Positions 1-9,789 of a stretch of DNA of 36,853 nucleotides are shown in pieces. Origin of the DNA: an uncultured Pseudomonadota bacterium. Its GTDB lineage: Bacteria > Oederibacteriota > Muellerivitia > Muellerivitales > Muellerivitaceae. The notes under the pieces were generated by a model that worked only from the letters and a program-made list of their open reading frames with translations, was not told where the DNA came from and did not search any database. The stretch is taken from assembly GCA_963843375.1 (NCBI GenBank), contig CAWJKT010000019.1:1-36853 (forward strand), written 5' to 3'. The translations under genes were made by a program, and so were the position numbers. Position 1 is the stretch's first letter. Every line of letters starts with the position of its first letter.

Positions 1-1179
1 CTCCAACTTGTGGAAACCGTATTTGCGCTTGATGGCGTCCACACTCTTGAAAAGAGCTTCTTTTTTCTTGCTGCTCATCTCCGGAAACAACCACTGGGAT
101 TCTTCCTCCCCCTTCTCGAACTTAGAAAGGGACACTCCCAAAAGCCTTATCTTGCGTTTGCGGACGTGGGATTCCTGAAACAATTCGTACGCAGTTTTCA
201 TGACCATCGCATCGTCGCTGGTCTCGGGAATGGTTTTGGCTCGGGTGATGGTTTGAAAATCGTCATAGCGAAGTTTCAAAGTGATGGTGCGAGCCCTCTT
301 GCCGATGCGCCTTAGGCGATAACAGCCCTTTTCCGAAAGCCACGCCAAGGTCTGGTGAATTTGTTGAAGGTCCTCCGTGTCTTTCTCGAAGGTCGTCTCA
401 TGCCCCACACTTTTGGCGTTATGAAATGGATGCACCTCCGTATCGCCCATTCCCCTGGCCGCTTCGTAAAGCCATTCTCCCGCCGAGGACCCGAATGATT
501 TCTGGAGCTTGGCGAGCGGGATAGAAAGGATATCCCCGATTCGGCGGATGCGCATTTCCTTCAGCCGTGGCTGGGTCTTTTCCCCCGCCCCATGGAGTCG
601 TTCGATCGGCAGGGGCGCCAGGAATTTTTGTTCACCACCTTCCGGCACCACAACCACGCCCGTATTCTCGACCACTTTTTTGCCCAGCATAGCGGGATCC
701 GGTTTCACCGTTTTACCCGCGATCTTCGCCACATACTTGTTTGAGGCAACAGCGACCGTGCAAGAAAGTTTCGTTCTTTCGAAGACCGAATCCCTTACCC
801 TGCGGGCCATAGCCCAAAGGTCGTTTCCGTAAAGAGCCTCACAACCGGTGAAGTCCAAATAGAACTCGTCGATGGAGGCATACTCCACCACAGGGGCGAT
901 ACGCCGGAGGAGCACATAGACCTTGCGTGAATATTTCGAATAAAGTTTATGGTGGCCCGGAACGAACAAGGCTTTGGGGCAAAGTTTCTCGGCGGTTAAA
1001 AGCGGCATGCCCGACTTGATACCGTATTTTCGGGCCTCGTAGGAAGCCGAGGAAACTACCCCACGCTCCCCCCTGTTCCCCCCGACGACAACCGGCTTTC
1101 CGTTTAAGGCGGGGTCCATCAGCCTCTCGCAGGAGACAAAAAAGGAGTTCATATCGATATGGGCCAGGGTTCGTTTCAT
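1..1179 (-). CDS. dinB: DNA polymerase IV (Y-family); runs off the left edge, absent from the ORF track
   Basis: Manual translation from ATG 1179: MKRTLAHIDMNSFFVSCERLMDPALNGKPVVVGG..RGVVSSASYEARKYGIKSGMP, later YASIDEFYLD. Same frame at the edge reads ..FKSVDAIKRKYGFHKLE. Confidence 0.95.
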   Translation of the reverse strand, partial: MKRTLAHIDMNSFFVSCERLMDPALNGKPVVVGGNRGERGVVSSASYEARKYGIKSGMPLLTAEKLCPKALFVPGHHKLYSKYSRKVYVLLRRIAPVVEYASIDEFYLDFTGCEALYGNDLWAMARRVRDSVFERTKLSCTVAVASNKYVAKIAGKTVKPDPAMLGKKVVENTGVVVVPEGGEQKFLAPLPIERLHGAGEKTQPRLKEMRIRRIGDILSIPLAKLQKSFGSSAGEWLYEAARGMGDTEVHPFHNAKSVGHETTFEKDTEDLQQIHQTLAWLSEKGCYRLRRIGKRARTITLKLRYDDFQTITRAKTIPETSDDAMVMKTAYELFQESHVRKRKIRLLGVSLSKFEKGEEESQWLFPEMSSKKKEALFKSVDAIKRKYGFHKLE

Positions 1180-1180
1180 G

Positions 1181-1217
1181 GTATACTATAGTATACTTTT
1201 AGCTACCCACGTTTCAA
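1181..1217 (-). promoter_or_regulatory. sigma70-like promoter (TTGAAA-N16-TATACT) overlapped by a perfect 16-bp palindrome, candidate repressor operator
   Basis: -35 at 1217-1212, -10 at 1195-1190. Palindrome GTATACTATAGTATAC at 1181-1196, 1 nt from the dinB ATG. Confidence 0.65.
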
Positions 1218-1248
1218 TCCCGGTTTTCCATTTATAAACGCCGGTTCC

Positions 1249-2913
1249 TCATGATCTCATCAAAATGAACTTATCCCTTTTCACCACGCTTCCATTGCGT
1301 TGAACCACGTAGAAATAAATGCCCGCAGCCACGAGCGACCCCTGGAGATTGAGTCCGTTCCAATCATATTCCCCGTTGGGGACCGTAACTTTTTGCACCA
1401 GTTCCCCCGACAGGGTAAAAAGTGAAATGGTGTCATTAGGTTGAAGGCAGCCTATTTTGAAGAACCCTCCCAATGCGGTTTTAGGATTGTAAGGAACGGG
1501 CCAGGCGTGAATTTCACAAACAGGCGTTGGGCTGGGCGTAATGGTGGGACTGGGAGTCGGGGTTAGAGTTGGAAGACTGGAAAAGACCATGCCTGCGGGA
1601 TAGCCGTAAGCGTCACGCACGTTAAATCCATAGGATTCGGCACCAAAAGGCCGGGGTCCAGAAAGCTGGTGAAGCCCGGTTCCGATGGTGACCTGGGCGC
1701 TGGAGTAACCGCTTGTTCCCACGGCCGTGAAACTTCCTGCTGGAATAGCCGTTCCATCCAGTAAAACGGCCCCCACCGCTGAATTGGGCGCTGCCACGTT
1801 CAGAAAATTGTAGACGAACCCCGTGGAAGGGGCGACGGTCTGGAAGGCGGTTCCGTAATTCGAAATGGGCGGCACAGTAATTTCACTGGGGTCCGCCATT
1901 GCCACCCCGCCATAAGTGGCTTCATCGTAGGAATGGCTGTTGGAATATTGCATGACCATGATGGGGGCTGTCGCCGTGATGTAGGAAGCCGTGGACAACA
2001 TTTGTTCGTAAAATCCGCCCTGGTTCAGGGTGGCCACAGCCAAACCATTGACACTGACCACTGTTCCATTGGTGGCGCAAAGATATCGGAAGGTGTCCGA
2101 ACTTCTCCCCGCCAGAGGTACGGTGATGAAAGCCGTCCCCCAGGTGGAAAGCGGCAGTTCCTGTTCCAATAACATGTTACAGGTAATGTAACTGACCGGA
2201 ACGTCAGCGCAGGCATTGGCGCCGAACAGGGCCACGGAATTGTTTGCCGTCACCTGGGTGCCTGTCAGGTCATTGGTGAGAATATTAGCCTGGAGCTGGT
2301 AGACCTGCCCATGGTTAAGAGCCACCGTATAAGGAACCCCTGCGGCGTGGGAACCCACCGCGATGGCTGGCGTGATGGTCACGCTGGTGGAATCTTCCCC
2401 CGCCACTACGGCGAATTCACTAGAACCAACGGCCGTCGCGGCCCCGTCATTCACGTCCGCCGTATAGCTGGCCACCCAGTAGTCCGTGCCAATGGCTCCC
2501 ACCGGCAAGGCCAAGTAACCGTCAGTGGTGTATTGTTCGTATTCCAGGCCGAAAATGGAAATATTATTGTCGGAAGTGACCTGGATACCCAGGTTCTGCA
2601 CCCCATCCATCGTGGTCAGCATTGCCCCCGAAGGCACCACCAGAGTCACGGCCGAACCGGCGGCGACGGAGAAGGGCGCGGAATAGGAAAGACCCGGAAC
2701 CGAGACGAGCCCCGTTGCGTTGGTTTGGGAAACGATGAAAAGATCCAGCGTCTGAGAACTTACGAGATATTGGGTGGGAAAGGTCAGCCAAAATTCGGTG
2801 CCCTGACTGGAAACAGGTCCGGCGAAAGAGACTTGCGGAAACATCAAAACCGCCCAAGCCCCCCAACTAATAAAAAAAATTGGGAAATAAAATCTCAACC
2901 GCATAGTTTCCAC
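1249..2913 (-). CDS. Secreted IgGFc-binding-protein N-terminal-domain protein with Pro/Thr linker and FlgD/T9SS-CTD-like C-terminal domain
   Basis: Signal peptide; GTEFWLTFP, TDGYLALPVGAIGTDYWVASY, EQELPLSTWG motifs; TPTPSPT linker; terminal WPVPYNP..WNGLNLQG..AAGIYFYVV. Confidence 0.8.
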   Translation of the reverse strand: METMRLRFYFPIFFISWGAWAVLMFPQVSFAGPVSSQGTEFWLTFPTQYLVSSQTLDLFIVSQTNATGLVSVPGLSYSAPFSVAAGSAVTLVVPSGAMLTTMDGVQNLGIQVTSDNNISIFGLEYEQYTTDGYLALPVGAIGTDYWVASYTADVNDGAATAVGSSEFAVVAGEDSTSVTITPAIAVGSHAAGVPYTVALNHGQVYQLQANILTNDLTGTQVTANNSVALFGANACADVPVSYITCNMLLEQELPLSTWGTAFITVPLAGRSSDTFRYLCATNGTVVSVNGLAVATLNQGGFYEQMLSTASYITATAPIMVMQYSNSHSYDEATYGGVAMADPSEITVPPISNYGTAFQTVAPSTGFVYNFLNVAAPNSAVGAVLLDGTAIPAGSFTAVGTSGYSSAQVTIGTGLHQLSGPRPFGAESYGFNVRDAYGYPAGMVFSSLPTLTPTPSPTITPSPTPVCEIHAWPVPYNPKTALGGFFKIGCLQPNDTISLFTLSGELVQKVTVPNGEYDWNGLNLQGSLVAAGIYFYVVQRNGSVVKRDKFILMRS

Positions 2914-2938
2914 TTCAAGGCCTCTCGGCCCACGGCTT

Positions 2939-5407
2939 TTATTCTCCCAGTGTCAGTTCGACCCGTACCGTCTTCTTGTCTGTCGCGATGGGGATCAGAT
3001 TCCCGCTTACCGTTTGCCCGTCCACCTTAAGGGATTTAACGCCTCGACAGACGCCTTTAGGATTGGAAACATGGACCTGGTATTCCACTCCCCGATAATA
3101 CCGGGTAACATTAAATTTTTTCCATCCCTTCGGGACACAAGGGTCGATCCGGAGTCCATTGAAATCCGGCTTCACGCCCAATAGCCCTTGTGAAACCGTG
3201 AGGAAAGTCCATGCGGCGGTTCCGGTCAGCCATGAATTCTTGGCCTCGCCTGGGGTGGCTGCGTCACGGCCCGCGATCATTTGGGCATAAACGTAAGGTT
3301 CACTGCGGTAGATTTCAATCTGTTCTTCTTTGGCTGAGGGGCAGATGGAGAGGTAATATTCCAAGGCCCGGTCCCCTTCGCCTAACAGACACCAGCCCAG
3401 GTTGATCCAAGTGTTGTTGTGGCAGAAAATTCCCGCGTTTTCCTTGTACCCCGGTGGATAGCTGGTCACCTCGCCCAATTCCAGGTGATAAGTGCTGTAA
3501 GCCGGCTGCTGGAGGATTACTCCATTTGGGGTGTAGAGGTGCTGATGCACGCTTTCCAGGGCTTGCCGGGCCCGGCCGTTATCTTTGCCTGCCCCGCCCA
3601 ATACGCACCAGCCCTGACTCTCGATGAATATTTTCCCCTCCTCGCAAACCTTGGATCCCACCGGTTTGCCCTTGGCATCATAAGCTCGGGTGTACCATTC
3701 CCCATCCCAAGCCTGCTCCTCGACTGCTTTCAACATGCCGTCGTAGGCCTTCTGCATGCGGCCCTGATCCTGGGGCTTCTTCAAATACTCATAAAGCGAG
3801 CCCATCTCGCGGGAGGCGTAAAGGAAAAGGCCGGCGATCATGACGGATTCAGCCTTGGAGCCCTTCACATCGCCCGCCGTCTGAAAGGATTCGTTGGGTT
3901 CGGTGGAAAAGCAATTCAGGTTCAGGCAGTCGTTCCAATCCGCGTGGCCAATCAGCGGAAGGCCTCGGTCGCCCCGGTTCTTGAGGGTATAGGCGATGCT
4001 TGTTTCCAAGTGGTGCAGAAGGTTCTCTTGAGATCCCGGCTTGTCGGGGTAACCCACCGGCGCATCCAGGATGGAGGTGTCTCCCGTTTCCTTGATATAA
4101 GAGCAAGTGGAAAGAATGAGCCACAAATGGTCATCGTAGAAATCCCCTCCGATCTCGGCGTTACCCTTCTTGGTCAAGGGCTGGTACTGGTGATAGCAGG
4201 TACCATCGGAAAGCTGCGTTCCGGCGATGTCCAATATCCTTTGGCGCGCCCTTTCGGGAATCAGGTGAACGAAACCCAGCAAGTCCTGGTTGGAATCCCG
4301 GAAGCCCATGCCCCGGCCAATCCCGGTTTCATAGAGGCTGGCCGAGCGGGACAAATTGAAGGTGGCCATACATTGGTATTGGTTCCAGGTATTGAGCATA
4401 CGCTGGGCGTGGGGGTCGGGACATTCAACCTGGAACTTGGACAAGAGCCCCTGCCACATAGCGTTGATGGACTGGAAAGCCCCGTCCACCGCGCCGGGTT
4501 TACAATACTTGGCCAGCAGGTCCCGGCCTTTGGTTTTATTCATCACGGGGAGGCTGCTCTTGGTTCCCTCGACGGGTTTGTCGAATTTAGGCAAGTCCCC
4601 CTGTTCGACATAGGCCAGAATGAAAGAAAAGGTTTCCAATGCTCCAGGTGCCAGTTTCAGGTGAAGCTCATGGGACCCGATGGGATTCCAGCCGTGGGCG
4701 ATAGTTTTTTTGGACTTCCCCGCGAAAGGTACGGCCGCCTCATGAAGGCCGTTATGGACTCCCACAAAAGCGTCCCGGGATGTGTCGAACCCCGCCACTT
4801 CTTTGGTGCAGGCGAAAAGCGCGTAATGGCTTCGGCGCTCCCGGTATTCGGTTTTGTGGTAGATGGCGGACCCTTCCACTTCGACTTCCCCGATAGAATA
4901 GGTGCGCTGGTAATTCGTCATGTCGTTCAGCGCCTCAAAGAGGCAGAACTCGACATAGGAAAAAAGTTTCAGATCTTTGGTCGTTTTGCCATGGTTCTTG
5001 ACCGTGGTCTTCCAGATTTCCAGGTTCTCACCCGGTGGTACGAAGAACAGCATCTCCACTTCCACGCCGTCCTTAGCGCCTAAAATTTTGGTGTAGCCCA
5101 GCCCGTGACGGCATTCGTAGCGATCCAATTGAGTCTTCGTGGGCTTCCATCCCGGGTTCCAGACCGTGCCGTTGTCGTTGATATAAAGATAACGGCCTCC
5201 CAAATCCATTGGCGTGTTGTTATAGCGGTAACGGGTCAGGCGGCGCAGCTTCGCGTCCTTCCAAAAGCTGTAACCCCCGGCCGTGTTGGTGCAAAGCCCG
5301 AAGAACTCGTCCTGACCAATATAGTTAAGCCAGGGAAGGGGCGTATCAGGGCGGGTAATCACGTACTCTCGGGCGGGGTCGTCGAAATGGCCGTAAGGAT
5401 TGGTCAC
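2939..5407 (-). CDS. GH94 glycoside phosphorylase, most likely cellobiose phosphorylase
   Basis: YGHFDD..EYVITRPDTPLPWLNY, GRGMGFRDSNQD, HADWNDCLNLNCFS, KENAGIFCHNN, NSWLTGTAAW. Start reassigned to GTG 5407 behind GAGGAG. Confidence 0.93.
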   Translation of the reverse strand: MTNPYGHFDDPAREYVITRPDTPLPWLNYIGQDEFFGLCTNTAGGYSFWKDAKLRRLTRYRYNNTPMDLGGRYLYINDNGTVWNPGWKPTKTQLDRYECRHGLGYTKILGAKDGVEVEMLFFVPPGENLEIWKTTVKNHGKTTKDLKLFSYVEFCLFEALNDMTNYQRTYSIGEVEVEGSAIYHKTEYRERRSHYALFACTKEVAGFDTSRDAFVGVHNGLHEAAVPFAGKSKKTIAHGWNPIGSHELHLKLAPGALETFSFILAYVEQGDLPKFDKPVEGTKSSLPVMNKTKGRDLLAKYCKPGAVDGAFQSINAMWQGLLSKFQVECPDPHAQRMLNTWNQYQCMATFNLSRSASLYETGIGRGMGFRDSNQDLLGFVHLIPERARQRILDIAGTQLSDGTCYHQYQPLTKKGNAEIGGDFYDDHLWLILSTCSYIKETGDTSILDAPVGYPDKPGSQENLLHHLETSIAYTLKNRGDRGLPLIGHADWNDCLNLNCFSTEPNESFQTAGDVKGSKAESVMIAGLFLYASREMGSLYEYLKKPQDQGRMQKAYDGMLKAVEEQAWDGEWYTRAYDAKGKPVGSKVCEEGKIFIESQGWCVLGGAGKDNGRARQALESVHQHLYTPNGVILQQPAYSTYHLELGEVTSYPPGYKENAGIFCHNNTWINLGWCLLGEGDRALEYYLSICPSAKEEQIEIYRSEPYVYAQMIAGRDAATPGEAKNSWLTGTAAWTFLTVSQGLLGVKPDFNGLRIDPCVPKGWKKFNVTRYYRGVEYQVHVSNPKGVCRGVKSLKVDGQTVSGNLIPIATDKKTVRVELTLGE

Positions 5408-5516
5408 AAAAGCTCCTCGGTTCTGAGATTGAGCGAAGAATTTTACTGACAGAAGGGACCCGAAACTACCCAAAAGTAACGGCCAAATTTTCAGAAAAGT
5501 CAGAAAAGAAGGGAAA

Positions 5517-6039
5517 TTAGGTTCGTTTGAATGTCAGCTTGAGGGAATTTTTGGGTGGCGGGCTATTAACTGGCTTTTGAACCTGCGGCTTGGCCGCCTC
5601 GTCGCGCAACCGCTGGTCTTCAAGAGCCCGAAGGGTCTCAAAATCATGTTTGTTGACCGCCGCGAAATGGAGGTCGCCCCGGAAAAGGGGCCTTCGGAGT
5701 CTCCATGAAAGTTTCGGTTTTCTTGACCTTAGCTAAAAGCCGAAGTTTCGCCTGGTGTTTAGCCACGAAAAGTTCCAGTTCAACAATCTCGTTCTTGGAA
5801 AAAACACTTCCGGCAGTGAGGAAAAGTTCTCCATAGTTGGTGTTTTTGTCCAGGACGTAATAAAGATTCTCGTCCCGATAGTTGCTGGGCGGCCGGGGTT
5901 GGCCTTTTTTCTTGCGCGGGGTTTTCTTGACCTTCACGCGGTCGTATTTCACTTCCACCATGGAGACTACCCGGCCCTTGTTGTATTTTTCTAGCCATCC
6001 TGTTTTTTGACTCACAATTCCAGTTCCCTTCAAAGACAT
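5517..6039 (-). CDS. Hypothetical protein, possibly PilZ-like, with an apparent frameshift near 5700
   Basis: ORF 5644-6039 continues, after removing one base near 5700, as LRRPLFRGDLHFAAVNKHDFETLRAL... to TAA 5517. The VELELF..LLAKV..GDLHF pattern resembles a PilZ barrel. Confidence 0.5.
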
Positions 6040-6132
6040 TCAAATGAGCAGTAAGAAGATACCACCAAACGGTTTACCTAACGGTAACTTTCTAAAATCT
6101 TAAATTAAAATTTTACGGTTAAACCGCTAATC

Positions 6133-6758
6133 TTACGAAAATATTTTCGAAAGGCTCGGCAGTACATTTTCCCTCGTCAGCATCCTTATTTTTTCACCCT
6201 TGCCTTCCCATCCCTCCAGGCGCCTTTGATGTTCCTGGATGATCGGCCTCACTGAGCTTTCGGCGAAAACTGCCTTGAGATGAAGGGACAACTGTTCTTC
6301 CGAGGGCCGATTGGCCCCGGTTAAAAGTTTGGCGGCCCCATCCTGGGCGCAGGCGGTGACAAGAAAGGAATTGCCGGTGAAGGAATAAATTTCCAGATTG
6401 CTGATGACCACCTTCCCGCCCTCTTTTCCCTCCACCCAATTGGCCAAAACCAAGGTTGACTTCTGGTCCGGCGCCAAAAAGTACGCGCCCAAAAGAAAAG
6501 CGTGGAAGCGTAGGAGTAATCCCCCAGGCAAACGTAACCTTCTTCCGAAAGTTTTTGGGTAAGCTCGGCCTGCCACTTGGGAGTGAGCTGTTCGGTTAGC
6601 TCCTGGGGAGCCTTGACCAATTGGACGGATATCTTGGCCATCCCGCTAAAAGGATTTTCCGAATCCGTTTTTTTCTTCCCAAATGATTTTTCGGCAAGGA
6701 GGATATAAACCACAACACCAAAAATCAACAGTAGGACAATGACACCACCCAGACCCAT
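6133..6758 (-). CDS. Membrane-anchored hypothetical protein split by a 1-nt frameshift in a T-run near 6476-6480
   Basis: ORF 6321-6758 (N-terminal TM helix) joins ORF 6133-6576 as ..FWARTFLAPDQKS.. if one T is added. Confidence 0.6.
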
Positions 6759-6772
6759 AGGAACCTTTCAAA

Positions 6773-6870
6773 TTAAGTTCTGAGTTCGCGGTTTTGAGTT
6801 TTAAATTTCGGAAGTTCTAAATCCAATTAAAACCTTTAAACATTCGAAACTTGGAATTCAAAACTCAAAA
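6773..6870. repeat. Heptanucleotide-periodic imperfect inverted repeat at the lemA 3' end
   Basis: TTAAGTT CTGAGTT CGCGGTT TTGAGTT TTAAATT (6773-6807). TTTTGAGTTTT (6792-6802) pairs with AAAACTCAAAA (6860-6870). Confidence 0.6.
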
Positions 6871-7428
6871 TTGCACTTTGGGCGCATCCTGGGCCTCGTC
6901 CTTCGCCTTGAAGTAAGAATCCCTCACTTTGAAGCCGCCGATGGAAGCCATCAGGTTGGTCGGAAAGCTTTGCACCTTCGTGTTGTAATCTTGCACCGCT
7001 TCGTTATACCGCTGGCGGGTAACGGCAATTCGGTTTTCGGTACCGGCCAATTCATCCTGGAGTCTCAAGAAACCCTCGTTAGCCTTCAGGTCGGGGTATT
7101 TTTCCACTACCACCATCAATCGTCCCAGAGCGCCTTCCAAATCGTTGGCAGCCTTCACCTGTTCTCCGGAGGTCTTGGCTGCGCCCCATTGGCTTCTTAA
7201 ACGGGTGACTTCCTCCAGTACGTCCGCTTCGTGTTTGGCGTAGCCCTTAACTGTGGCAACCAGGTTTGGAATCAGGTCATACCGGCGCTGGAGGTCGGTT
7301 TGGACATTGGCCCAGGCGCTGTCGATGGCCTGGTTGGACGCGACCAGCCCGTTATAGGACCCCACCAGCGTCAGACAGAAAATGACCGCAAATCCAATTA
7401 TCGCCCACAACCATATTTTGGATGACAT
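6865..7428 (-). CDS. lemA: LemA family protein
   Basis: N-terminal TM, YNGLV, QRRYDLIPNLVATVKGYAKHE, EKYPDLKAN, GTENRIAVTRQRYNEAV. Confidence 0.96.
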   Translation of the reverse strand: MSSKIWLWAIIGFAVIFCLTLVGSYNGLVASNQAIDSAWANVQTDLQRRYDLIPNLVATVKGYAKHEADVLEEVTRLRSQWGAAKTSGEQVKAANDLEGALGRLMVVVEKYPDLKANEGFLRLQDELAGTENRIAVTRQRYNEAVQDYNTKVQSFPTNLMASIGGFKVRDSYFKAKDEAQDAPKVQF

Positions 7429-7434
7429 AGAACC

Positions 7435-7500
7435 CCCAATTTTAAGTTTTTAATTCCCAATTTTAAATTTCGGTTTTTACCCGAATTCAAAAATTAGAAC
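7435..7500. repeat. Second heptad-periodic AT-rich element upstream of lemA
   Basis: CCCAATT TTAAGTT TTTAATT CCCAATT TTAAATT (7435-7469), followed by complementary-type units GAATTCA AAAATTA. Confidence 0.55.
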
Positions 7501-7502
7501 GG

Positions 7503-8084
7503 TTACTTCCCGTACAGCCCCATGATCTGCGTGTAGCCCAGAATGTGATTGGCCATGGCTTTCTGCAACTGGTAACTGGATTCACCCGCGGGTAAATGTA
7601 CCGGCCCGTCCAGGGCCCAAAGCTTGAAGTAATATCGGTGCATGCCGCTGGGAGGACAAGGCCCGTCATAACCGATTTTTTTGAAGTCATTCACCCCCTG
7701 TAGGATCCCCGCCGAGGTTTCCTCGTCCCGCGGAAAGTTCTCCAAAAGCTCGTAGGTATTGCTGGTCGGGTCGATGGGTTTGGCCGGGATATTGTAGATT
7801 ACCCAATGGACCCAGGTTTGGGTGGGGGCGTCCGGATCGTCTACGATAATCGCGAAATCCTTGGTATTGGGCGGAACGCCTTTCCAACTCAATTCCGGAG
7901 AGATATTCTGCCCGTCGCAAGAGGCGTATTTGGCGAGAATCATACCCCCATCCTTAAAAGAGGAACTCTGGAGCCTCAGGGTAGACTTTTTCTTGGCACC
8001 GGCGGCCCAGGCCGTCGGATTCAGAATGAGGACTGCTAACAACAAAACGGCTCCTCTTAAAAAAGCGGGCTTAAATTTGGACAT
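7503..8084 (-). CDS. YbhB/YbcL family PEBP (Raf kinase inhibitor-like) protein, exported
   Basis: Signal peptide ending AWA; DPDAP..WVHWVIYNIP; GYDGPCPPSG.HRYYFKLWALD. Confidence 0.92.
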   Translation of the reverse strand: MSKFKPAFLRGAVLLLAVLILNPTAWAAGAKKKSTLRLQSSSFKDGGMILAKYASCDGQNISPELSWKGVPPNTKDFAIIVDDPDAPTQTWVHWVIYNIPAKPIDPTSNTYELLENFPRDEETSAGILQGVNDFKKIGYDGPCPPSGMHRYYFKLWALDGPVHLPAGESSYQLQKAMANHILGYTQIMGLYGK

Positions 8085-8107
8085 TCGCGCCTCCCTTTCG
8101 AATAGGA

Positions 8108-8807
8108 TTAGTTCACATTATCAATGATAGACTCAATGGCTCCGAGATATTTTTCAAAAGTTCCCAGGACATCAAGGTTTTTGATCTTTTCCCTGTGTTT
8201 CAGGCGGTTCACGATTTCAAAAGGTTCCAGATCAAAAGAGATGTGGTCCTTTAATTTCCGCAGAGCCTCCATCTTCCGCGGTGGCGGGGTGATGCCATAA
8301 AGCCACAGGGCGCTCTTGAAGAGAATAAGGAAAGTGGAAAGGGATTCCACCATGAGTTTTTCCACCATTCCGGGCCGGGCTTCGGTCAACATGAATTGGG
8401 TCCGCAACTGGAGAAGTTTACCTTGAAGTTCGTGCTCCATTTCCATCCGCAGGTGGTCGTGGGAAATGGAAAGGCCCTTCACTGGGTCGGGGCCGAAAAG
8501 AACCTGGTGATTATGTTGGATATCAAGGATCTCAACCGGGAAGACAGTTACGAAATCTTTGAGATGTTCCTGCGTCAAGAATAAAGGTGGAGGATTGCCC
8601 TGTCCCTTCCAGGGGATCGACCGCCTTGGAAAGTCCGAGAAGTTCCTTGGGATAAAGGGGGTGGGTGACCACCAGAAGATTAATATCCGAGTTTTTTCCC
8701 GCGTGGTCCCCGCCAGCCGCTGAGCCATACAAGACTACCGACACTAATTGGCTTCCCAAAAGGGCCTTGAGTTCCTCGGTCATTTTTTCCGCCGTCCAAT
8801 TCGCCAT
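8108..8807 (-). CDS. Nucleotidyltransferase-domain protein, split by an apparent +1 frameshift near 8612-8615
   Basis: LYGSAAGGD..SDINLLVV in ORF 8532-8807 joins ..PWKGQGNPPPLFLT..FPVEILDI in ORF 8108-8728. Confidence 0.8.
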
Positions 8808-9013
8808 AACTTCGCCTCTCTATTCAAAATTAAACAATGCTGACTTCCATGACCCACCATCGCCTGAGTCTCTCCCACCCGATTCTGTCGCCGCCGTCAC
8901 CGTTTGAACCCCCGCCACCGGGACCGCTTTGCTTTCTTAAATAATTTACAAAGAGGGCCAGGGCCAGAAAAAGTCCCGTCAATAAAAAGAGCAAATAATA
9001 GAAGTTTTGCCAT

Positions 9014-9744
9014 CTACCAACCTCCGCTGGCCCCGCCGCCGCCCGACCCGCCCCCGCCGAAACCGCCAAAACCTCCGCCGCCTCCGCCGCCAAATCCCCC
9101 GCCACCCCATCCGCCGCATAAAATCCGCCGCCGCCCCAATAACCTCTCCGACCTCGGGTTAAACTGTTGATAATGAAAATTAGGATAAAAACGAGGATCA
9201 AAAAGATTTGAATCCAACTCAGCCTGCCCGATCCCTCATCCCCTTGGTTTTGAACCTGTGTTTGGCCGCCCGCGTCCGGGGCGATTCGTTGGACGATGGC
9301 CTGGACCGCATTGATCAAGCCTTGGCCATATTGTTGTTGTTTAAAAGAAGGGTAAACTTGCTGCCTCAGGATGTCCCCAGCATCGCCGTCGGTGAGGACG
9401 CCTTCCAACCCATAGCCCACTTCAATCCGTGCCCGGCGATCCTGGATGGCCGCCAGGATCAGAACACCGTTGTCTTTTCCTTTTTTGCCAATACCCCAAG
9501 TCTTGTAAAGCTCCACCGCCGCCGCGTCCACGTCCCCGCCATTGACCGAAGGCACGGTTACTACCGCTATTTCGGAACCGGTCTTTTGTTCCACCTCTTG
9601 CAGGAAGCTTTCCAGCGCCTGGGCCTGGTCAGCCGGAATGACATGGGCGAAATCGTTGACATATCCGACAGGGGCGGGCCATTGGTTGGCGGCAAGAACC
9701 GTTCCGCTGAGCGCCCAGAGAAGAAAGGAGATGAATTTTTTCAT
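9014..9744 (-). CDS. TPM-domain (YgcG-like) protein with TM helix and Gly-rich tail; frameshift near 9117
   Basis: GYVNDFA, EIAVVTV, WGIGKKGKDNGVLIL, RIEVGYGLEG. The typical tail GGFGGFGGGGSGGGGASGGW* lies in another frame (ORF 9014-9217). Confidence 0.9.
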
Positions 9745-9789
9745 AGTTGGAACAGTCTCGAGAGGGTCTTCTTCTGCGAATTTCCAGTG

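Noticed and set aside
10..832. Plus-strand ORFs 10-315 and 509-832
   Set aside because: Antisense to dinB.
3419..5083. 554-aa plus-strand ORF
   Set aside because: Antisense shadow of the GH94 gene with no recognisable motifs. The same applies to the other long plus-strand ORFs opposite confident genes (e.g. 2311-3030, 9208-9885, 29573-30349, 33522-34127).
9020..9140. CCG-rich tandem repeat
   Set aside because: Simply encodes the Gly-rich TPM tail.
8830..9744. 304-aa TPM ORF with a second TM helix as given in the track
   Set aside because: The typical GGGGASGGW* terminus lies in another frame, so the extension is best explained by a frameshift near 9117.
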